Made by a program: the position numbers and the translations under genes
NCBI GenBank assembly: GCA_013265495.1
Contig: MU058669.1
Span: 1,497,880-1,561,879 of the forward strand
Reading direction: 5' to 3'
Source of the DNA: Vicugna vicugna
Lineage: Eukaryota
DNA length: 64,000 nt
Part shown: in pieces, positions 1 through 13,558 of the stretch
Numbering within the stretch: position 1 is the stretch's first letter
How the letters are laid out: every line of letters starts with the position of its first letter
Notes under the pieces: model-generated
Database searches by the model: none
What the model was told of the DNA's origin: nothing
The model's input: only the letters and a program-made list of their open reading frames with translations

Positions 1-14
1 TTCCAGTCATACTT

Positions 15-100
15 TATATTAATGAGTTTTATATTAATTTTATATTAATTACCTGAGTTTTCTATTAATTACCTGAGTATTATATTAATTACTTTGAGGA
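15..100. repeat. Short tandem repeat, ~20 bp unit (TATATTAATTACCTGAGTTT), 3 copies plus partial copies
   Basis: 41-60 tatattaattacctgagttt, 61-80 tctattaattacctgagtat, 81-100 tatattaattactttgagga; partial tatattaat copies upstream. Confidence 0.85.
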
Positions 101-159
101 AATATTACTAATTTTGGCAGGATTATCCAACACTAATATTAACTCCTACGACTAAAAAT

Positions 160-780
160 TTTTTTTGTTTTTTGTTTTTAAGAGCTTCTTTGGAAGTAAT
201 TTTATTGTGATATGATTTACTTGTGTTAAGATTCATTCTTGTTGGTGTTCATTTCTATTTATTTTGATAACTTCATATAATCATGTAACTACCACCACAG
301 TCAAGGTATGTAATGGTTTTATCACAATGCCCTTACGCCCTTCAGAGTCAATCGCTGTCTTTCTCCCACTCCCTGTCCCTGTATTTTTGGTTTTTCCAGA
401 ATAGAATGTCAGTTGGATCATACAGTAGTAATCTTATGAGTTGGAATTCTTTCACTTAGGTAATGCATTTGCGATGCATCCATGTTACTGCAGGTATCCA
501 TGGTTCACTTATCCCTCTGTGTTGTGGTACTTCATGGCATGGATGTATCACAGGTGTATTATCCATCATCAGTTTGGAGGATGCGTGGGTTGTGTTAAGC
601 TTTTGGCAGTTATGAATAGAGTTGCTATAAACATTCATGTACAGGTTTTTTTTTGTAAACATAATTGTTTATTTCTCTTGGGGTAGATACCTAGGAGTGG
701 AAATACTGGGTTATTGATGAAGCATTTATTTGTTTAACCATATAAGAAACTACCATACAGTTTTGTGAAATGGCTTCATG
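160..780 (-). mobile_element. Ancient LINE-1 (L1M-type) 3' end
   Basis: T-rich tail followed by typical antisense L1 3' UTR/ORF2-end text (catgtaactaccaccacagtcaag...; gctataaacattcatgtacagg...; tacctaggagtggaaat). Confidence 0.8.
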
Positions 781-3519
781 AACACATCAGCTTTTATAAA
801 GTTCTTGGTGAATTGCAATTACTGTAACAAAGCTTGCAAATTGAATGATTGTAAAAACTTTCCCTGTGGAACAAAAAGTATCCAGACAAATTAAATCATG
901 AGAGCTCAAATGTTACGGCAAATTTAAACTTGAAATTCTACAATCATGATTTGTAATGAAAATCTATTGTTGGAGTGCCTATTCTGAATTCAGTGGACTT
1001 CTAGTCTCTACTGAAATGAAATTGACATGATAGATCATTCTGCTTTATCACCTTAACAGAGTATCAATTCAGTCATAGAAATAAGTTGCTTGAAAGATTT
1101 TTTCCCCATAAAAACAACTGAGGAAGAAATAAACTCTAAATTGAAGCTTAAAAAATATACAAAAATATTTGGGCACAAAAGATCATTTACCACTTGCAGA
1201 CTGGACCACTAACAAGCTCATGCCACATCTAGAAAGAGAGTTTCCGTAATTAAAAAAAAATAATTTACAGAGAAGAGTTACTGGAAGTTATCACATTTTT
1301 CAAATTTATTAAACACAAAATGCTTTTTGAAGCATTGAAAATAGAAGATGCTTACAGGTAGCTTTATGAAAAAAAATAACAAAGCCATAATATTGGGGAA
1401 AAATACATTCCTCAGAAAAAAAAAATACCAGTGACACATTTTTAAAGACAGATATGGCCAGGAAACTGACTGAAGTACCTTATTAAAGCTTATTCTGGTC
1501 ATTTTAATTTTAATATTTAAGTAATCAATATAAAGTTTTAAAATTATCTATTTGTGTACAAAGATATATTGCTTTTATATTTTAAGAAAAACTTTTATTT
1601 TTTAAAATAAGTCAGGAATAGGACCATAAATATTATAAGACCAATTTAAGGGTCAATAATCATTTCAATATTATATGAATTATCATCTTTAGCATCACCT
1701 TTCACTATCAAAATGTTCTGGTTTGACTCATAATCTCTAGTCATCCAACTTGAAGGGAAGATAGTTTTGACTTTGATGATCGGTATGTACCAAGGCTAAG
1801 AGGCTGAAAGGAACATGGAACATATGTGAACTGAAAAGCATCTGGTGAGAGTTTTGCTTGCTACAGGATTTCAGAAAAACCACATTGTCTTGGCTCTTTT
1901 TTTCCTGATAGATTGAAATGTGCACTGCTTTGTAGGCCAAGGATGTTCTTTCTAGCAGGTGAAAGTCTGTGAAGATTTGCCACTTATGTATAAGATCCAG
2001 CCACTCATTTAGAACAAATAGATGTTGCCATTTGATGGTTGGATTTGGATTCCTCTGGACATGCTTCAGCGCTGAGCTGGGTTTAAGTGGACCTTGTTGT
2101 ACTGTTCTCTCTCCTACTCTATTTCAGTTAACATATGTTAATTCTGTCAGAGACTAAGGAGAACAAAAACAAGATAAAAATTCTACCTTAAGGTGGTTCC
2201 CCTGAGGGCAGTTCATGAGCATTGATCTTGGCCCTTGTCTTCCTTAAAAATTGCCTCTGCCTAAGGGGAGATTCTCAAGGTCATTCCTCACCTGCTAAGA
2301 GGGTATTCTAAGGGACCTAAGTGATCAAACATGTAAGCTCTTTCTTTTATTTTTATGATTGAAAGTCATGCAGTATCATGAAAAAACTTATATATATAGA
2401 CACACAAATCAATCTGACATATCTATATGTCTAAATCATACTAGTAGCCTACCAGTGTTCTGTTAAGGGGCATTAAAGTTGAGTCCCCTTCTTCCTTCTC
2501 AGCTACTTAGACGATGACCCTCATAGTTGACGGTGCTCTCTACATTTGTATTCAAGGCATGGACTCCACACATTCACTGACAACACTGAAGATCTCTCAC
2601 CTTCCCTCCACACACCAGATTTTTGCAGTTTCTTGCATTTTCAAGGTCGATAATTGATGAGCTGGCTGTGGTTTTCAATGGCTGCACTTGTATTAGTTAA
2701 GACTTCTCTGGATTATTTTGTGCTTCAGTGAAAAGTAATCTCATGCCATTCTGGCTAATTTGATTCTCTTGAATTATTTCTGGTCACCAAATTCCATCCC
2801 TCGACACACATCCTACAAGCTAGTAGTGGACGAATAGGTGGGATTGTCCTCATTTTGGGGAAAGTGTGTTACAATTAAAATAAAAATCAGTGCTGGCCTT
2901 GAAGATACATTTTCTAGTACCTCTGTTAAGACTGGGCTTAGATGGCTAGCTGGAAAAGGTTTCTGGAATAGTCTTGGTTGGCTGTGGAGAAGCAGAAGGA
3001 GGTGGCATTAGCTAATTCATGCCTTTGAAATACACGGAACACTTTATTGTACTGTTCTGGGAACTCAGGAAAACATAAAGCATTTATTGCCCAGGTTCTC
3101 ACCCCAGCTGGGGAAATAAGCGCTAACATGGAAGGCGGCTAAGTAGCTATGTTAGGCAGCCTGTGCTTAAGCATTCAAAAAATATGACAGCAGTGTATGT
3201 TACAAGGGCTCACAGGAAGAACATTAGTGCAGGAGACTTCAAAGAAAGCTTTGTAGATGAGCACAGACTCAGGATAGATTTTGAAGATGGGTAGTCTTTG
3301 AAAAAAATAAAGGGAGAAAGAGACATGGCATTTAAGGTCATTAACTTAAGATTGTCAACTTTTCATCCAAACATACATTTACCACTTGGGCCAGCATGGT
3401 CCACTTTGTTCTAGGGACAAAGAGTTCCCCATGACTGTAGTAGAGAGGATGAGGTAAACATAACACCACATTTATTGTTAGTTAGCACAGAAAAATGCAT
3501 ATTGTGGGAACTTCCTCAG

Positions 3520-3660
3520 AGTTTGTAAACATCTTGAGAGCAGGCACCATGTCTTTCCCATCCACCTCCACACCTTCTGTCTTCACAGCGTATATTCAAC
3601 ATTCAACACAGTGCCTTGTCTATGGTACCGAAAATGTTTGGTAAATATATGCATGAATAG
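3520..3660 (+). mobile_element. L2 3' end fragment
   Basis: gtaaacatcttgagagcaggcaccatgtct...cacagtgccttgtctatggtac...aaatgtttggtaaatatatgcatgaatag resembles the L2 3' terminus. Confidence 0.6.
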
Positions 3661-5767
3661 TGGAGCAACTTGACTCTGATAGAATTTTCCTTGGTTCATA
3701 GAATTTCATCTTAATTAGGTTACTGTGTAGATTAGGAGTTTAGACAGAATGGAGATGAAATTCCTGCCTGATTCTCAACCATTGGCCAAACCCATAAGTT
3801 GCCTATCAAGTCCCCCTCTTACTTTTTTTGGAACACATGGTTATGGTTATCTCTTTCTTCCAAATCTGATACACCTGCTATCTGACCAATTTATTTGATA
3901 ACTGATCATGTACTTTTGTATGGAATTGGCATGAAAACAAAGAATGCAAAGATCTGAAGACCTGAGGTCTATTGCCATCTCTTTGCGACTTTGGCAAAGC
4001 CTCTTGTCTTCCCTGGAACCCATATGTAAATTTTAACGTCTTGCCAGCTTTACCACTCTTAAGATTGTTTTTCAAGGATTTGGGAACACATACTTCCTGC
4101 TTTGAAAGGGTTTCCCTTGCAGTTTCTTTATGTCTTGCCCTAGATGTTTATGAGACACACAGCAGCTGCTCCCATTCCATGAAAAACGAAGTGAGTGGGC
4201 TTGGCAGCTGTTGCCGTGTTGCTTTGGGATATGTAGGCTTGCGCTGTTCTGTGTCAGCGGGCTGTATTCATCATTCCCCATTCAAGTGTTTACATTTTAT
4301 AAGCAGCTTCAGAAGCTTAAGGAAAAAAGAAGAAAAAAATTCAACTTGTGCTCAGACACCTAAAGATAACTGAATCTTAATTCCAACAGTGATTGGAGGA
4401 ACAAATACAGTGATTTGGAGATACCCTTATTAAAATGCTTTATGGATAAGGCAAGCTTAAAGTTTAGATATGAAGTCTCATTGTGTCAGAAACTCTGGGC
4501 AGGGCGTGGGCAGAGAATGGGTAAAGAAGTGTGGGTGGGCGAGGAAGAAGGAATGTATTGTCTCTAAATATCCACATACCTATATGAAGAACTGGACATA
4601 TTTCTTCTGACTCCAAATGAAAGAAGAGAAGAAATGTGTGTAAAGTGGGAGACACATTTTAGCTAGGCGTAAGAACGTTTTAAAATCAACCAAGGATGGA
4701 ACTCACATATCAGAAGTAAGTTCCCCATCACTTGGGGTAACTGGGGGTATGGCAGCATTGAGAGCCACTTGATATGGACATCTTTACGTTTCAAGGGAAA
4801 AAACAACAAGATCAAATTAAAACTCTTCAGTCTGTTTAAAGGAAAGAGAGAACTCACCGTTTCAGGTGGCTGGACAGGCCAGTCCACTGAGTCCAGGGGC
4901 TTGAGCAGTAGCAGCAGGACCCAGCGTCTGTCCATGTCTTGACTCTGCTGTCTTCTGTGATAGACCCACTTGTCTTCATTTGTCAACTCAGTTGTCCCAG
5001 GTGAGTCCTGGCCCTTCTCAGTGGCAAGGTGGCTTCTGGAAGAGTCAGATACGTGCACTATGTGATGAGTTCTGAGTTTAATGTAAAGAACCCATCTCTG
5101 TTACGTGCACATGTTGACGTCCCAGCACTGGCTCAGAGCTGAAGAAGTTTGCATCCCGTGACCTTTTACCTGGCTTGATTCCCAGGGCTGGGTGAGATTT
5201 CCTCCCCTTGACCAGAAGTGTCTTGACTGTTGTGTCAGCAGACAGTATTCAGTACTTGAAGGGTATTACACAAAACCTCTATGAAAGGTCGGCAGCAAAA
5301 GCAGCAAGTTTCCATTTGTAATACTTGAGTCCTCGAGAAGTGATAAGATCAGATAGATCAACTGTTTTCAGCAGATTTTTAGCAGTGGGTCAATATTGCC
5401 AATGAGTTATTTCACAAACTATATATAAAGGATGCTCTTCTCATTGAAGCATGGTGAATGCCACAGTAAACATTGCCTTCACCTTTCCTTGCACCCTTCT
5501 TTGAAATCTAGTGAGCAAGATCAACAGTAAGACCCCACAGAATCTCTGGTGTCTGTGACTATTATATTAATTTGGTCCTTGAGTCCAGTGGAATCTTAGG
5601 CCTGTTTTATCAGTATTTGTCAGGGTGAATTTAAATGAGATGAATTAAATTCGGGTGGGGGACATACCTGTGTGACCTTTGCATGGTATTTGCATTTTCC
5701 AAAGCACTTGACTTACGTGTCCATTTCTATTTAATGGCATCCCTGTGGGCTAGGCAGTGCGTTATTT
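3624..5767 (+). repeat. Tandem segmental duplication, copy 1 (~2.14 kb)
   Basis: Sequence from ggtaccgaaaatgtttgg to ctaggcagtgcgttattt recurs at 5770-7701; ORF track gives identical peptides at 3878/6028 and 4663/6597. Confidence 0.97.
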
Positions 5768-5769
5768 AC

Positions 5770-7701
5770 GGTACCGAAAATGTTTGGTAAATATATATCT
5801 GCATGAATAGTGGAGCAACTTGACTCTGATAGAATTTTCCTTGGTTCATAGAATTTCATCTTAATTAGGTTACTGTGTAGATTAGGAGTTTAGACAGAAT
5901 GGAGATGAAATTCCTGCCTGATTCTCAACCATTGGCCAAACCCATAAGTTGCCTATCAAGTCCCCCTCTTACTTTTTTTGGAACACATGGTTATGGTTAT
6001 CTCTTTCTTCCAAATCTGATACACCTGCTATCTGACCAATTTATTTGATAACTGATCATGTACTTTTGTATGGAATTGGCATGAAAACAAAGAATGCAAA
6101 GATCTGAAGACCTGAGGTCTATTGCCATCTCTTTGCGACTTTGGCAAAGCCTCTTGTCTTCCCTGGAACCCATATGTAAATTTTAACGTCTTGCCAGCTT
6201 TACCACTCTTAAGATTGTTTTTCAAGGATTTGGGAACACATACTTCCTGCTTTGAAAGGGTTTCCCTTGCAGTTTCTTTATGTCTTGCCCTAGATGTTTA
6301 TGAGACACACAGCAGCTGCTCCCATTCCATGAAAAACGAAGTGAGTGGGCTTGGCAGCTGTTGCCGTGTTGCTTTGGGATATGTAGGCTTGCGCTGTTCT
6401 GTGTCAGCGGGCTGTATTCATCATTNNNNNNNNNNNNNNNNNCAGGGCGTGGGAATGGGTAAAGAAGTGTGGGTGGGCGAGGAAGAAGGAATGTATTGTC
6501 TCTAAATATCCACGTACCTATATGAAGAACTGGACATATTCTGACTCCAAATGAAAGAAGAGAAGAAATGGGTGTAAAGTGGGAGACACATTTTAGCTAG
6601 GCGTAAGAACGTTTTAAAATCAACCAAGGATGGAACTCACATATCAGAAGTAAGTTCCCCATCACTTGGGGTAACTGGGGGTATGGCAGCATTGAGAGCC
6701 ACTTGATATGGACATCTTTACGTTTCAAGGGAAAAAACAACAAGATCAAATTAAAACTCTTCAGTCTGTTTAAAGGAAAGAGAGAACTCACCGTTTCAGG
6801 TGGCTGGACAGGCCAGTCCACTGAGTCCAGGGGCTTGAGCAGTAGCAGCAGGACCCAGCGTCTGTCCATGTCTTGACTCTGCTGTCTTCTGTGATAGACC
6901 CACTTGTCTTCATTTGTCAACTCAGTTGTCCCAGGTGAGTCCTGGCCCTTCTCAGTGGCAAGGTGGCTTCTGGAAGAGTCAGATACGTGCACTATGTGAT
7001 GAGTTCTGAGTTTAATGTAAAGAACCCATCTCTGTTACGTGCACATGTTGACGTCCCAGCACTGGCTCAGAGCTGAAGAAGTTTGCATCCCGTGACCTTT
7101 TACCTGGCTTGATTCCCAGGGCTGGGTGAGATTTCCTCCCCTTGACCAGAAGTGTCTTGACTGTTGTGTCAGCAGACAGTATTCAGTACTTGAAGGGTAT
7201 TACACAAAACCTCTATGAAAGGTCGGCAGCAAAAGCAGCAAGTTTCCATTTGTAATACTTGAGTCCTCGAGAAGTGATAAGATCAGATAGATCAACTGTT
7301 TTCAGCAGATTTTTAGCAGTGGGTCAATATTGCCAATGAGTTATTTCACAAACTATATATAAAGGATGCTCTTCTCATTGAAGCATGGTGAATGCCACAG
7401 TAAACATTGCCTTCACCTTTCCTTGCACCCTTCTTTGAAATCTAGTGAGCAAGATCAACAGTAAGACCCCACAGAATCTCTGGTGTCTGTGACTATTATA
7501 TTAATTTGGTCCTTGAGTCCAGTGGAATCTTAGGCCTGTTTTATCAGTATTTGTCAGGGTGAATTTAAATGAGATGAATTAAATTCGGGTGGGGGACATA
7601 CCTGTGTGACCTTTGCATGGTATTTGCATTTTCCAAAGCACTTGACTTACGTGTCCATTTCTATTTAATGGCATCCCTGTGGGCTAGGCAGTGCGTTATT
7701 T
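5770..7701 (+). repeat. Tandem segmental duplication, copy 2 (contains an N gap)
   Basis: Near-identical to 3624-5767; copy-1 bases 4276-4499 are replaced by 17 N. Confidence 0.97.
6426..6442. other. Assembly gap (17 N)
   Basis: Run of N seen directly. Confidence 1.
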
Positions 7702-8334
7702 TTCAGTTTTATTTTGATCTGCTTATGTGGACAATGAGGAAGAATAACATAACTTTGTACTCATCAGCTCATAGTTTTCAAGTTTTAATATTGTATCTGC
7801 TTCAGTTCTTTCCTTTTCTATGAAGAAAACATTACAGTTAAAATCCCCTCTATTCTACCGTATTCATTTCCCTCCCTTTCTGCCCAGAAATGGACATTAT
7901 TATGAATTTGAGTGTTTACAGTTTCTGTGAATGTTTTATTTTCTGCTACCTGTTTATATATCCACAAAATGCATAATTTTTATTTAGTATTTAAAATAGA
8001 TAACATTAAACCATATGTATGAATAAATCATACCCTTTTTTTTGTCTGAACCATTTTGAAAAATCTGTTGACACATATAGATAGCGTCTTTTTGTTTTGT
8101 TTCTTTCCACTCTTGTAAGAAATTGAAATGATTAGTTTAATCCAAATGGCATAGTCATTAACTCAGCAGTGTGTTTCAGTGCTTTTTTTTTTCTGTGTTG
8201 TTTTGTTTTCAATGAACATTGAGCATTAATCAGTAGATTTAACAAATATAAAAAGCCATCACATTGTGAAAAGCTAGATTTAACCTCCAGAACACACACA
8301 CACACACACAGACGCAGGGCTACCACGCTTATCC

Positions 8335-8495
8335 CTGCCCTAAGATCTCTGTTTAAGCTCCAAGAACTCCATGAACATCCTGGAGCAGATTGTAGAAGCT
8401 TGGTGTTTCTATTAGAATTTTTCTGAGAAGGATCTGCATTTATCTTTGGAATCTCAGAGAGAACTGTAACCTGCAAAATTTAAGAACACTGCCTT
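8335..8495. mobile_element. hAT-Charlie non-autonomous DNA transposon (MER103-like)
   Basis: ctccatgaacatcctggag...atttttctgagaaggatctgcatttatctttggaatctcagagagaactgtaacctgcaaaatttaagaacactgc resembles recalled MER103C. Confidence 0.5.
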
Positions 8496-9289
8496 CCGTG
8501 TTTTAGAAAACATGTACAAATGCCTTCCAACTTGCAGAATTAAAGCAAACTTTCAGCAGATGGGATATAGATACTTTTTTGTCCCTTTCTCAGCAGCCTG
8601 TAAAATGCCATCCTTTATTTTTTGTTCCCTCTGTGTCTCAAAAGCAAGGGTGAAGTTTAGCAAACTAATAATCATGACAAAACTGGATCAGTGTATTTAT
8701 TTCACATGCTTTCATATCACAAGACTTTTGAAAACAAAAGCCTAAACTTTTGTTCTTTTGTGAGCTGCATTTTCTGGTGAAATGTCATTGCTTCTGTATC
8801 AGCTGAGCTCAGCACATTTAGAATCAGCTCAACTCGCTCGTTGAGAACTTAGAGGAGACCTTGTTTCCCAGTACAGGGAGTCTGAGGTGAAGAATAAACC
8901 CGCTACCCTTTCCAACCCCGTCTGCCTAAACTGGCTGACCAGGGAAGGCTGGATTTTGTGGAAGTCATAGACCAGAGGCCCGGTATCCGTGCCTCAAGCT
9001 AGAGATGCTTGGAGCCACAGCTCCGTGATGAACAGGCTGAAAGGAAGGGTTTCTTTTCAGCCACCGTATAAACCTAGTTTTCTCTTCTAGGCTTGGAGAA
9101 CCACTCTGAGTCTTTTCACCCTGTATTTGACACCCTGTATTTTTCTTAACAGCCCTATCCCTTTCTTCTCAGCTACCGCAGGAGTCTGACACCAGAAAAA
9201 CAATAGCAGTGGAGATAACAGTAACAACCAGTATTTACTGAGTGCTGGCTCTGAGTCAGGTGCTGTGCTAAGGGCTTGATTCATCTGCA

Positions 9290-9680
9290 CATTCATTCAT
9301 TCACTGACAGAGTCAGGTAATACTTGCTGTACATACCATGTTAGCTGGCAGGGAGAATCAATGCTGAACACACGGACTTTTCCTTGATGTCATGGAACTT
9401 AGAGTTTTAAAAGGGAGATAGCTATGAATCAACTATCAATTAATGAATGTGAACTTGCAGTTGTGATCAGAGCTACAAAGGAGAGGGCTATAATGCTGCA
9501 AGAACATGTAATAAAGGAATTTGACCCAGCTAGGAAGGAAAGGGTGGATTTCCTCAAGAAATGAGAATGGCACTGACATAAGAGGGATCCGTAGGAGTTA
9601 ACTGGGCACCGGGGACATGAAACAGAAACCTAGACAGAAGAAACGTGAGGATGTCCTAGGTGATGGGAAGGAACATCCTG
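9290..9680 (-). mobile_element. L2 fragment
   Basis: cattcattcattcact start, then gacttttccttgatgtcatggaacttagag...ggatttcctcaagaaatgaga...; antisense L2 pattern. Confidence 0.65.
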
Positions 9681-9929
9681 GGTTCTTGGCCTTGTGATCT
9701 TCATGTTACTGTTGAACTGAGACTAGGTGAGTTTCAGTTGGAAAGTAGCAGGACTAAATCAGATTCACGTCTAGCCTTAAAATGTGTACGCTTACAACCA
9801 CGTGACTACTTGTCCTCACGAAGAAAACGTCAGACCTGGAAAATTCACAGGGAAATTCTACCACAGATATAAAGATCTTTGTGTTTATTTTAGATAATGA
9901 AAAAAAGAACAATTCTCAAACTGTTTCTT

Positions 9930-11480
9930 ATAAGACATCTCATAGCCAGTCTTCCTTCATATGTATACCCCATATTGAGTGATTTTTAATCAAACCCCAT
10001 CTTGCCATTTCATTCATAAATAAACCAGCATGTACTTCTAAAAAACTCTTTAAAAATACGTAACTATCACAATATTATCACATCTAAATAGATACGAACA
10101 ATAATTATTAAAGTTGTTCTACTTTTCTTGGTTGTCTCAGATTATCTGTCCCTGTCTCTCTCTTCTCTGTTTTCCACAAATGGTTCCAAAAATAAAACTA
10201 GAGTCCATACGTTTTAATTGCTTTGTCTCCTTAGATTCTTAATCTCTAGGTTCTTCTTCCATCTCTCACTTTTTTCCTTCTAACTTATTTGTTGAGGAAG
10301 CATTTTTTTGTTGTTTTTTTTATAGGGTCACCTATTCTGCTGATTGCGTATTTTTCTCTCACCAACTTTTCTATAATTCAGGAATTTTATCAGTGTTTTT
10401 TTGGCGAGAATCTTCAGAGGTGGAATGTATAGATCCATCAGACGGTACATAATGGCTATTTTATTTGTTTGTTGATTGTCTCCATCGACGGTTGAACTGA
10501 AAATGGTTGGTTGGAGACTTGCACTCGTGGACTATCTCAGGTGGGACTGTTACTGTCACTGTGCATGTCTGGAAGGCAGGATCGTACTTGATTGATTTCC
10601 TTTATTTGCCAGGTTTTAAACTCTGTTCTCTATCATATGCTGAAGCTGAGCAGTACATTTTTCTCACATGCAGTTGTTCGGTTTTGTTTGGAGTGTATAC
10701 ATTTATTGGATACGTTTATAAATTGATTATAATGTTTTAAGCTATTGCAGTTATTATTCCTGCTGAATGAAGCCCCATAATACTCCTTGTTGAGCCTATT
10801 CAGACTGGCTCCTGTGTCTTTTTGACATGACACTAGTAGTAATTGGTAACTTCTTTGATGCCTGATGTGACAAGAAATTCTAGGGTCTTGCACATTTTTA
10901 AAATGTCAAACCTAAGATCAACCATTCTCAGTAATCCCTGGTTCCTTCAAATGAAGCAATTGTATTTGGAGCCGAAATGTGGACACTCAGAGCTCTGAGT
11001 GCTACGAGGTTAATGTATCATTTATAGTCCTTTTCAATGGACAGAGCTAGGAAATAAGCAGTGGGGGAAAAAAGTAAAGAAGAAAGAAAACATTTTTCTT
11101 GAATATAAATGATTATTTCCAACTGAAATTTATGATTCTTTGATTTTACATTTATATCTCATTTCTCTTATGTTGAAATTCGTTTCTAATGACGATTCTA
11201 GAGCCCTTGCTTCATCCTGTGACTTATTTATAATTATATCCAAACTACATTGTGAGTAGTACTTTCACTAATAATACGATAACTGAAAGGAAGTTTTAGC
11301 CGCTTTCAGTTATCTCTGTCTTTAGGATATATTGCAGAAAAGGATGTACTTGTAAATTACTGTGCTGTAAAACCACTTGAAACAATTCTCTGTGTGGCTA
11401 CACACCTTTGATGTGTGCTTGAATTCATCTCCTTTTTGCCCTTCAGTTTGGAAATTAAAAAAAAATCTTGTTTTCTAATT
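9930..11480 (-). mobile_element. Ancient L1 (L1MC/L1ME-type) 3' UTR
   Basis: Degenerate L1MC 3' UTR text (gcctattcagactggctcctgtgtctttttgacatgac...; ggacagagctaggaaata...). Confidence 0.65.
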
Positions 11481-11899
11481 ATGTAAAATACGCACTTGGC
11501 ACATAAATAAGTGGGACACAAATAAGGAAGAAACAGCGTTCTTTCTTGTGATTAAAGTGTGACCAAGAGGAATGAATGCAGGGGGGCAGTGGATATGTAG
11601 GGTGGGAGTTATCTGGATCCAGAGCAACCTTTGTGCTCCCAGAGCAGCAGTCTTGCTGATCTGGATTTATGACTTGGGGTTTCTGACCAAAGGACAAGGT
11701 GCTCCTTGTGTTGGTCAGGATTCTTTTGATTACTGGAAGCAGAAACTTAAGTTTCCACGTTACGAAAAAACAAGCATCCTTTTATGGTTTCTTAGGAATT
11801 ATCTTCCTTTTACTCTCTTCCTGCCAGTCTCCACCGCACCCAGGCTCATCCCCACACACATATCACTCCGTCTTTCCCTTTAGTTCACTTCTCAGGCCA

Positions 11900-12110
11900 T
11901 AGCAAAGTGAGAAAGGTGCAAATTCTGACTCTCACAGACCTTTGTTCAAATTCTGGCTTTATCCCTTAAGAGTTGTTTATCTCTAGAAAATGTAGATAAT
12001 GTATTAGCCTCAGTTTTCTTATCCAAAAAATGGATTGCTACTTTACAGGAATCTCGTGAAGATTAAATGAGAGAATGCAAGTGAAGGAGCTGGTGCCGGG
12101 TTTGGCGCAC
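11900..12110 (+). mobile_element. MIR SINE
   Basis: gttcaaattctggcttt...agcctcagttttcttatccaaaaaatgg...gtgaagattaaatgagagaatgca core. Confidence 0.75.
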
Positions 12111-12499
12111 CCCCAGCTTCCAGTTGCCGTTGGGGTTTGCTGTGGATACTGTTGTTTCTAGTTCTGTGATGAAAATTGGTGCAAACCATTTTTTTGTTGT
12201 TGTTCTGATGCCTTTGTCATATTCTTCCTTGAGAACTGCAGACACTTTGTGCCCTATAATTTTTCGTTCAGTTCTTCTCGTCAACCAAGACTTAGCTAAA
12301 GATAGCTCTCTAAACTTAGACTTCTTAAAAAAGGGGGAAAGATGTTTGAGCCTTTCTTTAATCTGAGCTAGCTTGGTTCTGTATTTTAAGTTCTCAGCAC
12401 AGGCCCGGGGATCAGGACCCGTGTGGTTCCTTTTTCCTCCCCCAGGAAGAAGTTAATGTGAATTTCAAGGTAGGCAACCTGAGAGTATGTGACACAGGG

Positions 12500-12610
12500 T
12501 GGACTCTGAGCACCTGATCCCAGCACTGTGCACTTCATGACCTGGGTGATCTTAGGAAATGTACTTCCCTTCTCTGTGCCCAAGTCTATCTGTAAAATTA
12601 GGTCACTCAG
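12500..12610 (+). mobile_element. MIR SINE fragment
   Basis: atcccagcactgtgcacttcatgacctgggtgatcttaggaaatgtacttcccttctctgtgcc...atctgtaaaat. Confidence 0.65.
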
Positions 12611-13558
12611 AGAGATCTGCATTTGCTTGCAGTTTTTGAAATGTATGGTTTTACATTTATTTAAACTGTCTCCTTGATACATTTCATGTGAGCAAGTTCT
12701 GTGACTTCTGCGATGCACGTTTCTCCTGTCCAGTGTACTGGTATCCCTCCTTTTCTAAATGACGTGCTCTACGGAATCTGTAGGGTTTCCCTTATTATTC
12801 TTGGCTGCCAAGAAGCCTGCAGTTAATTTTCATAGAAAACAGTAGTCGCTCTTGTTAATCTGAGTTTCCTCATACAATAATACCCTTCTCTATATCCTAA
12901 TTATATAGATTTTATTATTTTGACATTGCTTCCACTTCAAGTAATATCTGTCTTTAAGCCACCCTGATCTTCTTGCTACTATAAGGAGACTCTTTGTAAG
13001 TGTTATTTCTGTGTGTCAGTTGCTTCACAGCCATTTGAGGGGAAATGATCCCTCTCCTACCTATTATGAGAAAAAAACAAGGGAGTGATAGATGCAGAAA
13101 CTAAGAGGGTAATGCAGTTTTTAGATACAGCTTCCAGTTTTAGTATTAAAGGAGTTAAACATAACTTCAAGGGGATAATAATTAATTGCTAAATAAGTAT
13201 CTGGCTCCGAGATAAAAGCATCATCTGAAGTCCAGTGTTTCAGTCCTGTGTGAAGTCTGTGGTCTCAGTGCTGCCGTCACCTGATCGGGGATCCCCGTGC
13301 TCTGCTCCTCAGAGTAGTAAGTTGTTTCACTGCATCAAACAGATTACAGGACCCTGTTTTTATAGCTTTCCTGGCAACAGGGATAAGTAATTGGCCATGT
13401 GGTATGGCGAGGTTCTAACTGACTTTTCAGATGTCCTCATGAGTTCTGGGATGGAGAAAAATCTTGTCCCTTGGTAAAAGAAAAAAGTACGTGAAGATTA
13501 TCTAGTAGTGTTATTTGCTCGGCCTAAATCTATTGATCAGTTTCTGTTAAGTAATTTG

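Noticed and set aside
15..100. Regularly spaced repeats as a CRISPR-like array
   Set aside because: The units are contiguous with no unique spacers, in mammalian DNA; this is an ordinary minisatellite.
780..1500. AT-rich stretch resembling a decayed Tigger-like transposase region
   Set aside because: No terminal inverted repeats or translatable motif could be verified by eye.
4868..5006. Possible + strand exon ending at CAG|GTGAGT (~5000)
   Set aside because: The long version has stops in all frames. The 37-bp version gives an unrecognised peptide (THLSSFVNSVVP). No further support.
3972..5058. 133-aa and 131-aa ORFs that each appear twice in the ORF track
   Set aside because: They recur only because of the tandem duplication. 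There is no recognisable domain, the starts are non-ATG, and the lengths are within chance expectation.
13410..13492. Branch point plus acceptor (ttctaactgacttttcag) followed by an open frame CPHEFWDGEKSCPLVKEK
   Set aside because: Donors are weak (gtaaaa or gtacgt) and the peptide is not recognised; it cannot be called an exon without reads.
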